Of a stretch of DNA of 64,000 nucleotides, positions 62,514 to 64,000 are shown one piece after another. The stretch lies in IMG/VR virus record IMGVR_UViG_3300003375_000001, positions 160,001 to 224,000 of that record, one strand, 5' to 3'. The position numbers were made by a program, and so were the translations under genes. Each line of letters opens with the position of its first letter. Positions within the stretch are counted from its first letter, which is position 1. The notes under the pieces were generated by a model. The model worked only from the letters and a program-made list of their open reading frames with translations, did no database searches and was not told the origin of the DNA. The DNA comes from a virus. Lineage: Duplodnaviria; Caudoviricetes.

Positions 62514-63758
62514 ATGAAAGATACCGTAGCTGAAAGATTGTTTAAAAACGGGGTAATAGCCCGAGGCCAGTGCCCCATAGAGGAAAAGGTCGTTACACAC
62601 CTACTTAAATTAACAGGTCGTGAACTCAAACAGGCTTGCTGGCTAAAGTTACCTAAACAAGCCTTGGACTTACTATTAGCTGCTACCATAGATGCACAAA
62701 CATCCTTAGGCCTGTCTAGACCGTCTACGTCACACAAAGGTATTTTAGAGGACGCGTTTGTAGCTTACCTATTAAACGACAAGATGAAGTTTAAATGCCC
62801 AGGGTGCAACCAGTTTACGTTACCTATAGCAGAGAAAGGTACAGGCCGGTATCGTAATTCTTTTTGCACCATAGCGTGTATGAACGCGTGTGAAGAGGTA
62901 GTGAGGAGAAGGAGAGGGACATGCAAGGCACGCTATGGGTATGAAGAAGCAAACCACAACCCAGAAATAGCTGAAAGACGAAACGCAAACGTGAGAAGGG
63001 TCCAGAAGGAAAAATACGAAGATATTCAAAGGTCAAAACGAAAAACGGCGTTAAGTAACTGGGGTGTAGAACATCACATGCACCATTCTGTATTTAGAGC
63101 AGAAACTAGCCGACGAAACGTAGCTTTGAACACTTCAGCGTTAGGTAGAGCCGCGTACAAAAAGCGAAGTGGTTTTGACAACCCTATGCATGACCCAGCT
63201 ACCCTAAAGAAAATGTTGGACACAAAAATAGCTAGGTATGGCACAACGTCTTCATCACCTCACATGAAAGGCAACAAAGGTAGGAACAACTTTAGTTCTA
63301 CAGAAATGCAACAGGCGATAAGAACGTCTGACGGGAAATTGAAAGGACGGGTGATGAAACAGCAGCTTACGGTTAAGGTAAGCTTTAGAGGGAAAGGGCT
63401 ACTGGTAGGCTCAGGATTAGAAGCCTCATTTGTTAAACGCCTAGAAGAAAACAAAAACATCAAGGCTGTAGTTCAAGGAGATAAACTCCCTACTATAAGT
63501 GTCGGCACTAAACGTTATTTTCCTGATCTAGGGTTAATAAGCACCTCAGGAAAGAAAGCTTTAGTAGAGGTTAAGTCTCCTTTCACTTTCAAAGCAGAAG
63601 GAAGCAAGGTTATAGCTTGTGCCCTAGCTGCCGTTAAGGTAGCAAAGAAACACCAGGCTGTTTACGTCATGGCTGTGTGTGAAGGGAAGAATGAGTGGAA
63701 GACAATGGTCAACCCTACCAAAGCACAGTTAGTAAACTACTTAGTATCCATTATGTGA
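62514..63758 (+). CDS. free-standing PD-(D/E)xK putative homing endonuclease, antisense within the fractured gyrB
   Basis: SD AAGGAAG; CPGC..FCTIAC zinc motif; K.RYG...HP/NP repeats (DUF7487-like); catalytic YFPDL...LVEVKS. Confidence 0.82.
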   Translation: MKDTVAERLFKNGVIARGQCPIEEKVVTHLLKLTGRELKQACWLKLPKQALDLLLAATIDAQTSLGLSRPSTSHKGILEDAFVAYLLNDKMKFKCPGCNQFTLPIAEKGTGRYRNSFCTIACMNACEEVVRRRRGTCKARYGYEEANHNPEIAERRNANVRRVQKEKYEDIQRSKRKTALSNWGVEHHMHHSVFRAETSRRNVALNTSALGRAAYKKRSGFDNPMHDPATLKKMLDTKIARYGTTSSSPHMKGNKGRNNFSSTEMQQAIRTSDGKLKGRVMKQQLTVKVSFRGKGLLVGSGLEASFVKRLEENKNIKAVVQGDKLPTISVGTKRYFPDLGLISTSGKKALVEVKSPFTFKAEGSKVIACALAAVKVAKKHQAVYVMAVCEGKNEWKTMVNPTKAQLVNYLVSIM

Positions 63759-64000
63759 GACTACTTTCTTACCGTCTAAGTCTTCAGCCTTAGTATACAA
63801 ACCGTCATCCGTTAAGAACAAATGGTCGGGAGTACACGTTATAACCGTTCCGTCGTCTAACTCGACCTCTACTAGATCGCACGTCTCTTTTGTAATTATG
63901 GGTACAGAGAAAGTTCCCGTCATTATCTTGTTGGTATCAAAGTCTAAGAAAGGTCCTTGCCATTCCAACGCGTTCTCATGCAAGTAAGATAAAGACTGAG
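63741..64000 (-). CDS. 3' end of the GyrB-N::Int-N gene (split intein N half; 5' part lies beyond the window)
   Basis: Frame is open to the window edge (QSLSYLHEN...); intein block B VEVELDDGTVITCTPDHLFLT, KAEDL, then TAA at 63743-63741. Assignment to gyrB is inferred from the downstream Int-C. Confidence 0.82.
   Translation of the reverse strand, partial: QSLSYLHENALEWQGPFLDFDTNKIMTGTFSVPIITKETCDLVEVELDDGTVITCTPDHLFLTDDGLYTKAEDLDGKKVVSHNGY

Noticed and set aside
3053-62617. CTGTTAA copies inside coding regions (e.g. 3054, 11993, 25905, 57704, 62611)
   Set aside because: They are explained by codons (e.g. PVK, LLT) and are not near starts, so they are not counted as promoter sites.
62477-62737. 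87-aa N-terminal extension of the Int-C::GyrB ORF in the track
   Set aside because: It is antisense to the endonuclease gene and has no intein or GyrB motifs. Int-C similarity starts at Met 62476.
62477-63740. Group I intron or ribosomal bypass as the explanation for the gyrB gap
   Set aside because: The antisense ORF fills the gap and leaves no room for a ribozyme core; no P7 R/S elements are seen; 1.26 kb is far beyond known bypass distances; the ends match a split intein.
1-64000. Integrase, IS transposase, cas genes, rRNA or alternative genetic code
   Set aside because: No supporting motifs; long genes are intact under the standard code with all three stop codons in use.

Overview
64 kb of a large lytic tailed-phage genome, apparently a jumbo myovirus. 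The gene set resembles the RSL1/Lu11/PaBG-type group; this is an inference with no database search. Spanins imply a Gram-negative host. Almost all genes are on the minus strand. From left to right the window contains: (1) a replication/recombination block (partial SbcD/Mre11-like nuclease, RecA, SSB-like protein with a long charge-block tail, two NUDIX enzymes, Nmad1-like protein, sigma-like factor, intein-containing SWIM protein, spanins, primase, family-A DNA polymerase with an N-terminal UDG-like domain); (2) a 2031-aa SNF2 helicase with a 520-aa intein and a run of probable virion/internal head genes that share an H-x-x-E-I-A-x-R-L leader; (3) a small plus-strand RuvC operon, which the ORF track mislabels as minus; (4) a second sigma-like factor, an H1-like protein under a perfect sigma70 promoter, a CTD-less GyrA/ParC and an AAA ATPase; (5) small accessory genes and a tRNA cluster (Leu-UAA, Arg-UCU, Ile2-CAU, plus a separate atypical Phe-GAA) with an HNH gene, a textbook type I hammerhead ribozyme and about 240 nt of unexplained structured RNA; (6) a fractured gyrB. 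In the fractured gyrB, an Int-N half ends in a stop codon, an antisense PD-(D/E)xK endonuclease gene follows, then an Int-C::GyrB-C gene, coupled to a stand-alone degenerate Hint protein. The fractured gyrB, which implies protein trans-splicing, and the hammerhead/ncRNA module are the strongest candidates for an undescribed system. An oriented (A/T)CTGTTAA motif upstream of genes is a candidate phage promoter. All function calls come from motif recognition by eye.
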